From assembly GCA_964385155.1 (NCBI GenBank), contig CAYLNG010000003.1, positions 74,784 through 138,783 of the forward strand: 64,000 bases of DNA, given 5' to 3'. This DNA comes from an uncultured Verrucomicrobiota bacterium (GTDB taxonomy: Bacteria > Verrucomicrobiota > Kiritimatiellia > SS1-B-03-39 > UBA6053). A model generated the notes under the pieces. It did no database searches. It was not told the origin of the DNA and saw only the letters and a program-made list of their open reading frames with translations. The position numbers were made by a program, and so were the translations under genes. Positions 43,416 to 56,373 of this stretch are shown here, one piece after another. The stretch's first letter is position 1. The number at the start of each line of letters is the position of its first letter.

Positions 43416-44920
43416 TCACCCCTGACCTGCCCACCTTCCGCGAGCGCGCTCGGCACGGCAACCTCATTCCCGTCGTCCGCGAGCTCCTCGCCGACCAGGA
43501 TACCCCCGTCTCCGCCTACGAAAAACTGCGCACTGCCCTCCGGACCCTGGATCCCCAAGCCCCCACCTTCCTGCTGGAATCCGTCGAAGGCGGCGAGAAC
43601 ATCGGCCGTTATTCCATGCTCGGAGGCATGCCACGCGCCATCCTCCGCGCCCGGGGCCGCCGCGCGGAACTCGAGGATGCCTCCGGGAAACACATTTTCG
43701 AGGATGTGGATCCCCTCCGCGTCCTCCAGGACCTCATGGCCGCCTACAAACCCGTGCACGACCCCTCGCTTCCCCGTTTCAGCGGTGGGGCGGTCGGCTT
43801 CCTCGGCTATGATTGTGTCGCCCAGTTCGACCGTGTCCCCCTCTGTCCGCGCCCGGGCCTTGACTTTCCCGACATGGTCTTCCTCATCGCCGACACGGTC
43901 ATCCTTTTCGACCAGGTGCGCCACACCATGAAACTCGTGGCAAACGCCCATGTGGAGGGAGACCCCGACGCGGCCTACGCCGACGCCGTGGAACGCATCG
44001 GCCGACTCGCCGCGATGTTGCAGACTCCTCTGCCCCGCCGCATGCTGGACGCGAATGCCCCCCCCACCGATCTTCCCTTCCACTCCAACACCCTGCGCGA
44101 GGATTTTCTCCGCTCCGTCGAGCGCTCCCGGGAGTACATCCGCGCCGGTGACATCATCCAGGTTGTCCTCTCCCAACGTTTCGAGGTCGAAGGAAGAGAC
44201 GACCCCCTACAGGTTTACCGGGCCCTCCGATCCATCAACCCCTCCCCCTACATGTTCTGTCTGGAACTCGGAGACGTCGCCCTCGCCGGATCCTCCCCCG
44301 AGGTCCATGTCCGCAACGAAGAGCGACAGGTCGACATCCGCCCGATCGCCGGAACCCGTAAACGGGGAGCGACCCCTGAAGAGGACCTCTCCCTCGAAGA
44401 GGACCTCCTCGCCGATCCCAAGGAACGCGCCGAGCACGTGATGTTGGTCGACCTTGCCCGCAACGACATCGGCCGTGTCTGCTCCTGGGGCTCTGTTCGG
44501 GTAACCGAATTCATGGTCATCGAACGCTATTCCCACGTCATGCACATCGTCTCCAACGTCCGGGGAACCCTCCGCCCGGACCGGGACTCCTATGACCTCA
44601 TGCGCGCGACCTTCCCCGCCGGCACCCTCAGCGGCGCCCCCAAGATCCGCGCCATGGAAATCATCGCGGAACTTGAACCCGACCGCCGCGGCCCCTACGG
44701 CGGCGCCGTTGGGTACTTCGGTTTCGACGGCAACCTCGACTGCTGCATCACCATCCGCACCTGTTTTTTCGCGGGCGACCGCACCTACGTGCAGGCGGGC
44801 GCCGGGCTCGTGGCCGACTCCCAGGCCGAATCCGAGTTCGAAGAAACCGTCAACAAGGCCCGTGGCATGATGCGCGCCCTCGCCTTGGCCCGTGGACACG
44901 GTAAAGGAGAAACGCCATGA
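43412..44920 (+). CDS. trpE: Anthranilate synthase component I
   Basis: [28 protein letters not shown] and [10 protein letters not shown] are chorismate-binding enzyme motifs. The following gene is trpG. Confidence 0.9.
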   Translation: MITPDLPTFRERARHGNLIPVVRELLADQDTPVSAYEKLRTALRTLDPQAPTFLLESVEGGENIGRYSMLGGMPRAILRARGRRAELEDASGKHIFEDVDPLRVLQDLMAAYKPVHDPSLPRFSGGAVGFLGYDCVAQFDRVPLCPRPGLDFPDMVFLIADTVILFDQVRHTMKLVANAHVEGDPDAAYADAVERIGRLAAMLQTPLPRRMLDANAPPTDLPFHSNTLREDFLRSVERSREYIRAGDIIQVVLSQRFEVEGRDDPLQVYRALRSINPSPYMFCLELGDVALAGSSPEVHVRNEERQVDIRPIAGTRKRGATPEEDLSLEEDLLADPKERAEHVMLVDLARNDIGRVCSWGSVRVTEFMVIERYSHVMHIVSNVRGTLRPDRDSYDLMRATFPAGTLSGAPKIRAMEIIAELEPDRRGPYGGAVGYFGFDGNLDCCITIRTCFFAGDRTYVQAGAGLVADSQAESEFEETVNKARGMMRALALARGHGKGETP

Positions 44921-45486
44921 TCGTGGTCATCGACAACTATGACAGTTTCACCTACAACCTCGTCCAGTACCTCGGCGAGCTGGGGGCGGAAACTCGGGTC
45001 ATCCGCAATGATGAGCTGGACCTCGCCGGAATCGAAGCGCTCCACCCGTCCAAGATCCTCGTCAGCCCCGGCCCCTGCAGCCCTGCCGAGGCGGGCATCA
45101 GCGTGTCGGCCATCCTCCACTTTGCCCCCCGCATGCCTGTCTTCGGCGTATGCCTCGGTCATCAATCTATCGGTCACGCCTATGGTGGGCGTGTCGTGAG
45201 GGCCGCCCGCCTGATGCACGGAAAGACCAGCCCGATCCACCACGACAACACCAGCGTGTTCGCCGGAATGCCGAACCCTTTCAACGCCACCCGTTACCAT
45301 TCCCTCCTCGTGGAGCGGGAAACCCTGCCGGACTGCCTGCGGGTGACCGCGTGGACGGCCGAGGGCGAGATCATGGGGCTGGCGCACAAGACCCTGCCGG
45401 TCTTCGGTTGCCAGTTCCACCCGGAATCCGTCCTGACCGAACAAGGCATGCGTATGGTGCGCACCTTCGTGGAAATGCCTGTCTGA
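44917..45486 (+). CDS. trpG: Anthranilate synthase component II (glutamine amidotransferase TrpG/PabA)
   Basis: [29 protein letters not shown] (catalytic Cys) and FQFHPES. ATGA overlap with trpE. Confidence 0.9.
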   Translation: MIVVIDNYDSFTYNLVQYLGELGAETRVIRNDELDLAGIEALHPSKILVSPGPCSPAEAGISVSAILHFAPRMPVFGVCLGHQSIGHAYGGRVVRAARLMHGKTSPIHHDNTSVFAGMPNPFNATRYHSLLVERETLPDCLRVTAWTAEGEIMGLAHKTLPVFGCQFHPESVLTEQGMRMVRTFVEMPV

Positions 45487-45589
45487 CAGCGGCTCTCCTC
45501 GAGATTTTGCGAATCCAAGGTTGCCAAACGCCCCGCGGAATGCCACGAACCAGCGCGAATTTTCCTCCCGAACCCCCAGGCCCTCTCCT

Positions 45590-47191
<1,602 letters not shown>

Positions 47192-47428
47192 GCTCCTTCT
47201 TCTCCGCGCCCCCCCCCATCCAGATCCATTTTCTCTGGTGCGGGTCCCGCCAGCAGCACCGGGAGGTACGACCGGTCCGAAGGATCCTGCCGCCCGCGGA
47301 GCGGCTGGAGACGGCCGTGCTGAACACCGACTCCCCTTTCCTTAACCCAACGCGGGCTGAGCGGAAGAATCCCCGCGATTCATCTCTCGCATACACACGG
47401 TTAAGTATCCTCTTCCTTTGGGAGATTT

Positions 47429-47589
47429 GAAAAACCAGGGATGGGAGGGATGCAGATGGTACAAGATCTTTGAGCGAAGGGCCATGCGCGAACCCGAGAA
47501 ATACTCTTTCGCTCTTTCAACTATTTCGCGCAAGAATTGGCAGCCCAAGAGATTTCCGCAGATGCGCACTGTCCATTCCCGTTTTTAGG
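47429..47589. repeat. Structured 161-nt element, copy 1 (candidate ncRNA or REP/MITE-like element)
   Basis: Shares with 60022-60182 the blocks gggagggatgcagatg, atctttgagcgaa, gcagccaa, ccgcagatgcgc and ccgtttttagg. Closing stem pairs 47430-47441 with 47577-47586 (2-nt bulge). Inner stem pairs 47483-47490 with 47527-47534. Lies in the convergent intergenic region. Confidence 0.7.
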
Positions 47590-47640
47590 TTTAGACGTAC
47601 CTGTCCCCGCCTTTTCCGTTCCGCTGCGGCAAAACACGCC

Positions 47641-48378
47641 TTAGGTGGGTCGAGCCGTGCGAGGCGTGCCCCTTGTTTGCCTGCGCGCCTCCAGGACAAC
47701 CGGACTTCCGAAAAGAGCTGTCAGCCCCGTCCAACGGAAGGGCGCCTCCAACAGCCGACTCAACAGCGGACATTTCAGCATGCGATGCACGACCATCGGC
47801 CAGAAAAACTGCGCGCGGCGTCGTTCAACACGGAAACCATTGGCCTCGAACGCCGAGCGGATTTGGGCGTGGTTGAACAAAGTGAAGGGCCGTGTGTTTT
47901 TTTCGAAGCCCTTTTTCAGGCGGAAAAGGGCGTCGGCTGCCACATTGAGGCTTTGTCCCGTGGGGTAGTCCACCACGACCCTTTCTCGGGCGACGCGGCA
48001 GAGCTCTGCGATGAGCTCGGGCCAACGGGTGCAATGGGTCACCAGGCGGAAGGAGATAACGGCATCCATCGACTGATCGGTGAAGGGCAGTGCAAGGTTG
48101 TCGGCCACCACAAATGGTAAATCCTCGGGAAGCCTGAGGGCGCAGACGTTATCGCTTCCGGTGACAGTGACCTTGTAGCCAGCGGTGCGGAGCACGGGGG
48201 CGGTTTGGGCATGGCCCCCTCCCACGTCGAGAACGCTGGCTCCGTCGGGCAGTCCTGCAAGGGCTTGGCGAAGGTGCCAAGCCTGTTCCCGAAGCATCCA
48301 CGCGCCCGCCGCACCCCGGAAGCGGGTCGTGTAATCCTCAGACGCGGTCTCAATGTCGGCGGTTTCCAGAAAGGACAT
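47641..48378 (-). CDS. Class I SAM-dependent methyltransferase
   Basis: SVLDVGGGHAQTAPVL (motif I) and a DAVISFRLVTH post-motif. 245 aa. Confidence 0.75.
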   Translation of the reverse strand: MSFLETADIETASEDYTTRFRGAAGAWMLREQAWHLRQALAGLPDGASVLDVGGGHAQTAPVLRTAGYKVTVTGSDNVCALRLPEDLPFVVADNLALPFTDQSMDAVISFRLVTHCTRWPELIAELCRVARERVVVDYPTGQSLNVAADALFRLKKGFEKNTRPFTLFNHAQIRSAFEANGFRVERRRAQFFWPMVVHRMLKCPLLSRLLEAPFRWTGLTALFGSPVVLEARRQTRGTPRTARPT

Positions 48379-49154
48379 CAGAAGGTGTATTTGAGGCCGA
48401 AGCCAGTGACGGTTTGGTCCGCGTTGATCGTAACGGGAAGGGGGGGGCGGCCATCACGGTTGTTGTATTCGCCACTGAGGCCGTAACTCATCCATCGATA
48501 GAGGGCGTGGACCGAGAGGCTGCGGGTGATGTGGTATTCAAGGCCGACCGAATAGAAGGTGGCGTCTTCCACGGTCAAGTCGAGGCTGTTGCCGCGTGCC
48601 GCCCAACTTTCAAGGGGCTGGAAAGTGACGTCGTTGAGGGAACGGCCCAGTTCGAAGAAGGGGACGAAACCGTGGGGCAACGGATAGCGGAGAAGCAGGT
48701 GGATTTGGACACTGTCGACCTCTGCCGTCCCGTCCGTGTTCACCGCCAGGGGACCATCTCTCGTGATGATCTCGTAGTGGTCGAATCCCAGACCGAGCGC
48801 GACATATGGCTGAATAAAACGGTACTGAAGAAAAAGCTTGTTGGGCGCGCTGTCGTCCTCGATGACGATCTGGTTGATCGTCCCGAAATAGGTTCCCACG
48901 CGGGTTTCCCGATCCCCCTTGCGGGTCTCATCAAAGTTCCGGCTCGTTGTGCGCACTCCCACTTCCAGTCGGTCGACCACGAAGCGATCCAACACCCCAC
49001 GGGCTACAGGAACTTCAACAGCTTCCGGGGCTGGGACGGAGGCCTCCGTAGTCTCGGCGGACTCGATGGCCGCGGGCGGGGGCGCGGAAGACTCGGCGGA
49101 ATTCCGGGTGGCAGCGAGGATCAGGAGGCAGGACAACAGAAACGTTTTTTTCAT
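48378..49154 (-). CDS. Outer-membrane beta-barrel protein (OmpW/porin-like small barrel)
   Basis: Signal peptide MKKTFLLSCLLILAATRNSAES, alternating beta-strand pattern, and a C-terminal GFGLKYTF ending in Phe, as in OMP sorting signals. Confidence 0.65.
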   Translation of the reverse strand: MKKTFLLSCLLILAATRNSAESSAPPPAAIESAETTEASVPAPEAVEVPVARGVLDRFVVDRLEVGVRTTSRNFDETRKGDRETRVGTYFGTINQIVIEDDSAPNKLFLQYRFIQPYVALGLGFDHYEIITRDGPLAVNTDGTAEVDSVQIHLLLRYPLPHGFVPFFELGRSLNDVTFQPLESWAARGNSLDLTVEDATFYSVGLEYHITRSLSVHALYRWMSYGLSGEYNNRDGRPPLPVTINADQTVTGFGLKYTF

Positions 49155-49221
49155 GGAATGTGGAATCTCCTATAGCAGAAACCTTGCCGCTGGCAACTGG
49201 ATTTCCTCGCGACGCCGGCTC

Positions 49222-50586
49222 TCAAGGGATCTGCGGGGTGTCCAGCTCCGCAAGGGAGGTGTCGATCTGAGTCTGGGTCAGTTCATGGTCCACAAGGCGA
49301 CCGGACAAGTAGGACTCATAACTCGCGAGGTCGAAGTGCCCATGCCCACAGAGGTTGAACAGGATGATCCTCTTTTCACCCGAGACCTTGGCGACGTGCG
49401 CTTCGCGAATGGCGGCGGCGATGCCATGTGTGGCTTCGGGCGCAGGAAGAATGCCCTCCGTCCGTGCGAAAAGCAGACCCGCCTCGAAACAGCCGGTTTG
49501 GGGCAGGGCAACCGCCTCGATCAGGCCGTCCTTCAGGAGTTGGCTGACAATGACCCCGGCGCCGTGGTAGCGCAGCCCTCCCGCGTGGATAGGTTCGGGC
49601 ACGAAGTTATGGCCCAGGGTGTACATCGGCAATAGCGGGGTCATCCCCGCCGTGTCGCCAAAGTCATAGCGGAAAACCCCGCGGGTCAACTTCGGGCAGC
49701 TTGCGGGCTCGACCGCAAGGCAGCGTACCGGGGAACCGCCGCGCAGACCGTCGCGCAGGAAAGGGAAACATAGGCCCGCAAAGTTCGATCCCCCTCCGAA
49801 GGGGGCAATGACGACATCCGGATATTCCCCCGCGATTTCCATCTGGCGGCGGGCCTCCTGGCCGATGATCGTCTGGTGGAGGAGGACATGGTTGAGGACG
49901 GAACCGAGGGCATAATGGGTGTCTTCCGCGGCAGCGGCGACCTCGATCGCCTCGGAAATGGCAATGCCGAGGCTCCCGGGACAATCCGGATCGCGGCTGA
50001 GGATGGCGCGGCCAGCGGCCGTGCGTGACGAGGGGGATGCATGGACTTCCGCCCCCCACGTGTTCATGAGCAGCTTGCGGTAGGGTTTGCTGTCGTAGCT
50101 GGTGCGGACCATGTAGACCTCACACGTGAGGCCGAACAGGTTGCAGGCATGACTCAACGCAGACCCCCATTGCCCCGCGCCGGTTTCCGTGGTGATGCGG
50201 CGAATCCCCTCCTCCCGGTTGTACCAAGCCTGTGGAATCGCCGTGTTGGGCTTGTGGGAACCCGCAGGGCTCACTCCCTCATATTTGTAGTAGATGTGCG
50301 CCGGAGTGTCCAGGGCCTTCTCCAGCCCAACAGCTCGGAACAGCGGAGTCGGGCGCCATTGCGCGTAGAGGTCCCGCACCTCGTCTGGTATCTCGATCTC
50401 CGGATCCGTGCTCACCTCCTGGGCGATCAGGGCCTGTGGAAACAAAGGGGCCAGTGCCTCCGGCCCGATCGGCTCCCGTGTCGCGGGATGCAGAGGCGGA
50501 AGGGGCTTGTTCGGCATGTCGGCGACGATATTGACCCAATGGGTAGGGATCTCACTCTCGGGCAGGAGGATTTTACGCGTGTTCAT
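49222..50586 (-). CDS. trpB: Tryptophan synthase beta chain, TrpB2-type
   Basis: [16 protein letters not shown]...[19 protein letters not shown] (PLP lysine), ETGAGQWG and GGGSNFAG. The N-terminal extension is typical of TrpB2. Internal ATG 50586. Confidence 0.85.
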   Translation of the reverse strand: MNTRKILLPESEIPTHWVNIVADMPNKPLPPLHPATREPIGPEALAPLFPQALIAQEVSTDPEIEIPDEVRDLYAQWRPTPLFRAVGLEKALDTPAHIYYKYEGVSPAGSHKPNTAIPQAWYNREEGIRRITTETGAGQWGSALSHACNLFGLTCEVYMVRTSYDSKPYRKLLMNTWGAEVHASPSSRTAAGRAILSRDPDCPGSLGIAISEAIEVAAAAEDTHYALGSVLNHVLLHQTIIGQEARRQMEIAGEYPDVVIAPFGGGSNFAGLCFPFLRDGLRGGSPVRCLAVEPASCPKLTRGVFRYDFGDTAGMTPLLPMYTLGHNFVPEPIHAGGLRYHGAGVIVSQLLKDGLIEAVALPQTGCFEAGLLFARTEGILPAPEATHGIAAAIREAHVAKVSGEKRIILFNLCGHGHFDLASYESYLSGRLVDHELTQTQIDTSLAELDTPQIP

Positions 50587-50855
50587 GAGGGCCCGTTGTA
50601 CAGACGAGGAACGCGGGGATCCAGCCTGAAGTCTTGGCGTTTCGTCTTTGTTTCCGGCAGTCTTCCCTCGCAATCACAGGCTCCATCCTCCGTGCAATCG
50701 CTGCCACCACCCACATCCTTTAAGTACAATCTTTCTAGGGAGGCCACGAAAGAGCGTGGTGCCTTGCGGGAAGAGGTGTAGGGGGGGAGACAGAGAGAGG
50801 GGGAGGGCCCTGCGCCAGAGCCCTCCCCCTTCCTTATCTTTCCACTCCCGGTGAC

Positions 50856-53141
50856 TTAGGAGCCCTTCTCGTGGAAGGTGCGGTTGATGACGTCGAGCTG
50901 CTGTTCGCGGGTCAATTTGATGAAGTTCACGGCGTAACCGGAAACACGCACCGTGAGTTGCGGATACTTTTCCGGGTGCTCCATCGCGTCCAGGAGGGTC
51001 TCACGCTCGAAGACATTGACGTTGATGTGATGACCCCCATCGCCGAAATAGCCGTCAAGCAAGTGGCAAAGGTTGTCCTTGCGGTCCTCTTCGCTGCGGC
51101 CCAGCGCCTTGGGCACGATCGAGAACGTGTAGCTGATGCCGTCGAGCGAATGCTCGTAGGGCAGTTTGGAGACCGACTTCATCGAGGCGACCGCGCCCTT
51201 GCTGTCGCGGCCGTGCATGGGGTTCGCGCCGGGGGCGAAGGGTTCTCCGGCCTTGCGGCCGTCGGGAGTGTTCCCGGTCTTCTTGCCGTACACCACGTTG
51301 GAGGTGATGGTCAGCACCGACTGCGTGGGCAGGGCATTGCGGTAGGTGCGGCATCCCCGGATCTTATCCATAAAGCGACGGACCATCTCCACCGCGATGC
51401 GGTCGGCACGGTCGTCATTGTTGCCATAAGCCGGATAGTCTCCCTCGATCTCGTAGTCCACCGCCATGCCGGTTTCCGGGTCGCGGATCACACGCACCTT
51501 GGCGTGCTTGATCGCGCTAAGCGAATCCGTGACGACGGAAAGCCCGGCGATACCGCAGGCCATTGTGCGGAGAATATCCTTGTCGTGCAGCGCCATCTCC
51601 ACGCGCTCGTAGGCGTACTTGTCGTGCATGTAATGGATGATGTTGAGGGCCTTGACATAGGTCCGGGCCAGCCAGGTCATCATCATGTCGAAGCGCTCCA
51701 GCGTCTCCCCGTAGTCAAGCACGTCCGCGGTGATCGGCGCGAAGTGGGGGGCGACCTGTTTGCCCGTTTTCTCGTCGCGCCCGCCGTTGATCGCGTAGAG
51801 GAGGGTTTTGGCGAGGTTGACACGGGCCCCGAAGAACTGCATCTGTTTTCCGATGCGCATGGCCGAAACGCAGCATGCAATCCCGTAGTCGTCCCCCCAC
51901 TTGGCACGCATCAGGGCGTCGCTCTCGTACTGGATCGAGCTGGTGTCGATGGAGACCTGGGCGCAGAACCGTTTGAAGTTGGAGGGCAGGTGTTCGTCCC
52001 AGAGCACCGTGAGGTTCGGTTCCGGGGCGGGACCCAGGTTGTAGAGGGTGTGGAGGAAGCGGAAACTGGTCCGCGTCACCAGCGGGCGGCCGTCGAGGCC
52101 CATTCCGCCGATGCACTCCGTGACCCAGGTGGGGTCTCCGGAGAAGAGTTCGTTGTAGTCGGGGGTCCGCGCGAAGCGGACCATGCGCAGTTTCATGACG
52201 AGGTGGTCGATCATCTCCTGCGCCTCGGCCTCGGTGATCAGCCCGGCTTCGATGTCGCGCTGGAGGTAGATGTCCAGAAACGTCGAAACCCTTCCGAGGC
52301 TCATCGCCGCGCCATTCTGCTCTTTCACAGCGGCGAGGTAGCCGAAGTAGGTCCACTGGACCGCCTCGCGGGCGTTTTCAGCGGGACGGGAAATGTCAAA
52401 GCCATAGGAGGCGGCCATCTGTTTGAGTTCCTGGAGGGAACGCAGCTGCTCGGCCAACTCCTCGCGGTTGCGGATCATCTCCTCGTCATACACCCCGGAT
52501 CCGGCCTCGTCGTGTTCCTTCTCTTTGACAGAGATCAGGTGGTCCACGCCATAGAGGGCGACACGGCGGTAGTCCCCGATAATACGACCACGGCCGTAGG
52601 CGTCCGGGAGTCCGGTGATGATGCCCGAATTTCTCGCCCCGCGGATCTCGGCGTCGTACACATCGAAAACGCCCTCGTTGTGGGTCTTCCGGTACTCGAA
52701 GACCTTCTCGGTCGCAGGATCCATCTTGAACCCGTACGATTCCAGAGCGGACTTCGCCATCCGCAACCCGCCGAAGGGCATCAGGGCACGCTTCAGCGGC
52801 TTGTCCGTCTGCAGACCCACAATGACCTCCAGATCTTCCTCCGACATGTATCCCGCCGCATGCGAGGTGATCGTCGAGATCACCCGGTCGTCCGCGTCCA
52901 GCACTCCCCCCTTCTCGATCTCCTCTTTCTGGAGCCCGGCCAGCAGGATCCACAGCTTCTCTGTCCGCTCCGTTGGTCCTTTCAGGAATGCGCCATCCCC
53001 TTCGTACGGCGTGTAGTTGCGCTGGATGAAGTCCCGTACATCGATGTCATACACCCAATTCCCGCGCGCAAACGCCTTGGGCGCCGCGGAGGGGTTAGTT
53101 TTCGGCTCGGTTCCGGCATGCGTCGGATTCATCAGGTCCAT
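50856..53141 (-). CDS. pflB: Pyruvate formate-lyase (formate C-acetyltransferase)
   Basis: 761 aa from internal ATG 53141. [12 protein letters not shown] (active-site Cys-Cys) and C-terminal [11 protein letters not shown] glycyl-radical motif. The 163-codon N-terminal extension in the ORF track is not PFL-like. Confidence 0.93.
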   Translation of the reverse strand: MDLMNPTHAGTEPKTNPSAAPKAFARGNWVYDIDVRDFIQRNYTPYEGDGAFLKGPTERTEKLWILLAGLQKEEIEKGGVLDADDRVISTITSHAAGYMSEEDLEVIVGLQTDKPLKRALMPFGGLRMAKSALESYGFKMDPATEKVFEYRKTHNEGVFDVYDAEIRGARNSGIITGLPDAYGRGRIIGDYRRVALYGVDHLISVKEKEHDEAGSGVYDEEMIRNREELAEQLRSLQELKQMAASYGFDISRPAENAREAVQWTYFGYLAAVKEQNGAAMSLGRVSTFLDIYLQRDIEAGLITEAEAQEMIDHLVMKLRMVRFARTPDYNELFSGDPTWVTECIGGMGLDGRPLVTRTSFRFLHTLYNLGPAPEPNLTVLWDEHLPSNFKRFCAQVSIDTSSIQYESDALMRAKWGDDYGIACCVSAMRIGKQMQFFGARVNLAKTLLYAINGGRDEKTGKQVAPHFAPITADVLDYGETLERFDMMMTWLARTYVKALNIIHYMHDKYAYERVEMALHDKDILRTMACGIAGLSVVTDSLSAIKHAKVRVIRDPETGMAVDYEIEGDYPAYGNNDDRADRIAVEMVRRFMDKIRGCRTYRNALPTQSVLTITSNVVYGKKTGNTPDGRKAGEPFAPGANPMHGRDSKGAVASMKSVSKLPYEHSLDGISYTFSIVPKALGRSEEDRKDNLCHLLDGYFGDGGHHINVNVFERETLLDAMEHPEKYPQLTVRVSGYAVNFIKLTREQQLDVINRTFHEKGS

Positions 53142-53656
53142 GGGTTTTTCCGGGGTGGGGGTGGAAGGTTTAGTTTGCGTTGAAAGCGGAGGCCTTTTAT
53201 CCGATTTGTCCCGGATGAGGCAAGAGAAATCGATCGGAAAGCCCATGCGAAATTTGGATAGGAACCATTGGAAACCTATATGCAGCATGGGTGGCAAGGT
53301 GGGAAAAAGGGTGAAAAACCGGTCCGGGAGTTTTGATACGCGAGAAGTGAATATGGCCTGAGAAACGGAAAACAACAGAACCAAAAGGCCTGTGGCCGTC
53401 TGTTCCCGGTGCTGAACGTTCCGAAGAAGACCTTCTCCCGCGTCTCCGTTGGTGAGTGGAGCGGAGCCCATGCCCAGGTCCCCGTCACCGGCCGATTCGG
53501 GATTTGGGACGTGTATGAATCGTGGGTGGGTTGGATGTGTCACACGCAGGGGTTGCCCCTCCTTTTTCGGCGCTTCCATACATTTTACGATTGTCATGCA
53601 GGACCAGCCGACATAACTACAGTGATTCATTTTTCCCGAACGCAGGAGTCCCCCGC

Positions 53657-54751
53657 ATGAAATTGAGCCTGAACCGCGACGCCCTTCTCGACGCCCTCAC
53701 ACGCGTGCAATCCGTGGTCACCGCACGCAGCACCATCCCCGTCCTCTCCAACGTCCTGTTGCAGGCGGGTGACAACGGCCTGCGCCTCACCACCACCGAC
53801 ATGGAGCTCACCGTCAACACCGATGTCGTCGCCGAGGTCACCAAACGCGGCGAGACCACCCTCCCTGCCAAACGCCTCCACTCCGTTGTGCGCGAACTTC
53901 CCTCGCAGGTCGTCGACATCGAGGTCGACGCCAAGAACACAGCCAGCCTCCGCTGCGGAACCGCTTTCTTCAAGATTCTTGGACTGCCCGCCGAGGACTT
54001 CCCCGACATCCCGCAGCCCGACGGGCAGCAGTCCTACACCCTTGAAAAAGGGGTTCTCAAGCACATGCTCCGCTGCGTCCAGTACGCCGCCTCGGTCGAT
54101 GAAACCCGCTACGTGCTCAATGGCACGCTCTTCAGTTTCCGGGACCAACGGTTGACCACCGTTTCGACCGACGGGCGCCGCTTGGCCCTGTGCGAGCAGG
54201 AAGTGGAATTCCCCGCTGGCAACGAACTGGACATGGTCGTGCCTGCGAAAACGATTAATGAACTTCTGAGGAACCTGGGGGACGAGGGGCCCCTGCGGAT
54301 CACTGCCGCCGGCAACCAAGTCATTTTCGAGGCGGAGGGCATGCGGATCCTCTCGAAACTCATTGAGGGCAACTTCCCCAACTACCGCCAAGTCATCCCC
54401 GCCCAGTGCGAGGAACGAATCACCTTCGAGCGCGAGGCCCTGCTGCACGCCGTCCGCCGTGTTGCACTCGTCACCAACGAGCAGTCGAACAACATCAAGC
54501 TCACCTTCGGCGAAAACCAGGTCGAGGTCCTTAGCGCCACCCCGGAAATCGGGGAGGCCAACGAACGGATCCCTGCCAAGTACAACGGCCCCCCCATGAC
54601 GATCGCCTACAATCCGGAGTTCCTTATGGCCCCCCTCCGCGTGCTGGATTCCGACGAGGTCTACCTCGAGCTGACCGATGCCCTCAGCCCCGGCGTCCTC
54701 AAGGCGGACATCGATTTCCTGTACGTCATCATGCCGATGCGCGTCCAGTGA
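53657..54751 (+). CDS. dnaN: DNA polymerase III beta sliding clamp
   Basis: [37 protein letters not shown]... and [14 protein letters not shown], a typical DnaN. 364 aa from internal ATG 53657. Confidence 0.93.
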   Translation: MKLSLNRDALLDALTRVQSVVTARSTIPVLSNVLLQAGDNGLRLTTTDMELTVNTDVVAEVTKRGETTLPAKRLHSVVRELPSQVVDIEVDAKNTASLRCGTAFFKILGLPAEDFPDIPQPDGQQSYTLEKGVLKHMLRCVQYAASVDETRYVLNGTLFSFRDQRLTTVSTDGRRLALCEQEVEFPAGNELDMVVPAKTINELLRNLGDEGPLRITAAGNQVIFEAEGMRILSKLIEGNFPNYRQVIPAQCEERITFEREALLHAVRRVALVTNEQSNNIKLTFGENQVEVLSATPEIGEANERIPAKYNGPPMTIAYNPEFLMAPLRVLDSDEVYLELTDALSPGVLKADIDFLYVIMPMRVQ

Positions 54752-54759
54752 GCCCTCCC

Positions 54760-55203
54760 ATGCGACAACTTCTCCCCGCCTTCCTTGCTCTCGCCCTCTT
54801 CGGTGGATGCACCTCCGCTCGTTACCAGCTCACGGTTGGCAACGACCACCCCTCCCTCCCCGTTCGCGACGTGCGCGTCCTCCTCGATGGTCGCCCCCTG
54901 CCCTCCTTCCCCCTGATCGCCCCGCAGAAAATTGCCGCGGCAAAACCCAGGTCGGGCGACATCCCCCGGGAGATTCTATTGAGGTGGATGGATGCGGAAG
55001 GCCAAGGACGTGAAGTGCGGCTGGAAGGGGACGGATTGGGCCTTCCGCCCGATTTCCGGGGTCAGATTTCCCTCGCCATCACTCCCGCGGGGCAGGTCAC
55101 CCTCACCCCCCTCCCCTCCCAGGGCCCCGCCCTTTCCGCCATTCCCTGGGCCGTACCCGAGCAGTGGGAGGGAAGTGTGTTCCTCCCCGGCATGAACGAA
55201 TAG
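54760..55203 (+). CDS. Putative lipoprotein
   Basis: MRQLLPAFLALALFGGCTS is a lipobox-like signal. 147 aa with no other motif. Confidence 0.5.
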   Translation: MRQLLPAFLALALFGGCTSARYQLTVGNDHPSLPVRDVRVLLDGRPLPSFPLIAPQKIAAAKPRSGDIPREILLRWMDAEGQGREVRLEGDGLGLPPDFRGQISLAITPAGQVTLTPLPSQGPALSAIPWAVPEQWEGSVFLPGMNE

Positions 55204-55233
55204 CCTCCCCCTCGCCCTTCCGGAGTCACGAGC

Positions 55234-56367
55234 ATGGTCAGCGAAGTCATACACACACCCTGGGGGGCCCGACTCGCTTCTTCCCTCAAGGGCATCCTGG
55301 TCGGCCTCGTCCTCTTCTTCGCCAGCTTTTGGCTCTTGGCGTGGAACGAAGGCCGCGCCGTCGCCCGCTACCAGGACATCCATGAGATGCGCGACTCCGC
55401 CGTATCCACCCCTTCTTCCGTCCTGGATGCGACGGCTGAGGGCCGACTTGTCCACACCAGCGGCCTCGCCGAGACCAACGAAACCCTTCGTGACCCTGAA
55501 TTCGCGGTCGAAGCCAACGCCCTCAAGCTCCGGCGTTCCGTCGAAATGTTCCAATGGGCCGAGCAGAAGTCCTCCCGTACCCGGAAAAAAATCGGGGGAG
55601 GCACCGAGACGGTGACGGAGTTCACCTATGTGACCGGCTGGGAGGATCGGGTGATCGACAGCTCCCGCTTCCACGACACTGCGGGTCACCTGAACCCCGA
55701 CAGCATCCCCTACGAAGGATGGAGCGCCCAAGCGTCGGCCCCCACCTTGGGCGCCTTTTCTCTCGCCCCCCCCCTCGTCCGCGTTCTCAACCATTTCGAA
55801 CCCGTTCCCCTGCGTGATCCGAAACTCCCCGAGGGGGGCAGAATACACGGAGACCGGATCTATGTGGGCGGGCGCCCGGATTCCCCCGCCGTCGGCGACG
55901 TTCGTATTTCCTTCGAGTCCGTTCCCCCCGGCATGCTCAGCGTGGTGGCCCGCCAGTCCAATGGCGTCCTCGTTCCTTGGATCAACTCCCGCGGGCGCGA
56001 GGATTTCCGCGTCCAACAGGGCGAACATTCCCTGCAATCGATGATGGACCAGGCCAAGCGCGAGAACCAGGTCGTCACCCTCCTCCTTCGTCTCGCGGGG
56101 TGGTTCCTCATGACCATCGGCCTGGCCTCCGTCTTTAAACCTCTCTCCGTCCTCGGCGACGTGGTCCCCCTCGTCGGCAGTCTCATCGGCGGAGGCATCG
56201 GCATCGCCGCTGGCCTCCTCTCCGCCGCCCTCTCGCTCGCCACTATCGCCATTGCCTGGATCGTGGTCCGCCCGCTCGTCGGCGTTCCCCTCCTGCTCCT
56301 CGCCGCAGGCCTTCTCGGTTTCCGTTTCCTCCATAAACCCGCGGCACACGCCGCTGTCCAAGGATAA
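55234..56367 (+). CDS. TMEM43/DUF1625-like membrane protein
   Basis: N-terminal TM followed by WNEGRAV, a long soluble middle part and three or more C-terminal TM helices, as in the TMEM43 family. Confidence 0.55.
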   Translation: MVSEVIHTPWGARLASSLKGILVGLVLFFASFWLLAWNEGRAVARYQDIHEMRDSAVSTPSSVLDATAEGRLVHTSGLAETNETLRDPEFAVEANALKLRRSVEMFQWAEQKSSRTRKKIGGGTETVTEFTYVTGWEDRVIDSSRFHDTAGHLNPDSIPYEGWSAQASAPTLGAFSLAPPLVRVLNHFEPVPLRDPKLPEGGRIHGDRIYVGGRPDSPAVGDVRISFESVPPGMLSVVARQSNGVLVPWINSRGREDFRVQQGEHSLQSMMDQAKRENQVVTLLLRLAGWFLMTIGLASVFKPLSVLGDVVPLVGSLIGGGIGIAAGLLSAALSLATIAIAWIVVRPLVGVPLLLLAAGLLGFRFLHKPAAHAAVQG

Positions 56368-56373
56368 TCCCCC

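Noticed and set aside
50856-53141. pflB lacking an adjacent activating-enzyme gene (pflA), considered as an anomaly.
   Set aside because: pflA is frequently unlinked or simply outside a 64-kb window. Nothing in the sequence suggests pflB is defective, since the glycyl-radical and Cys-Cys motifs are intact.
53142-53656. Possible oriC in the 515-bp gap upstream of an orphan dnaN (no dnaA in the window).
   Set aside because: Only two weak DnaA-box-like 9-mers at 7 of 9 matches (ttatccgat at 53197, ctatccaaa on the reverse strand near 53252). There is no cluster, no obvious AT-rich unwinding element, and GC skew cannot be assessed from one window.
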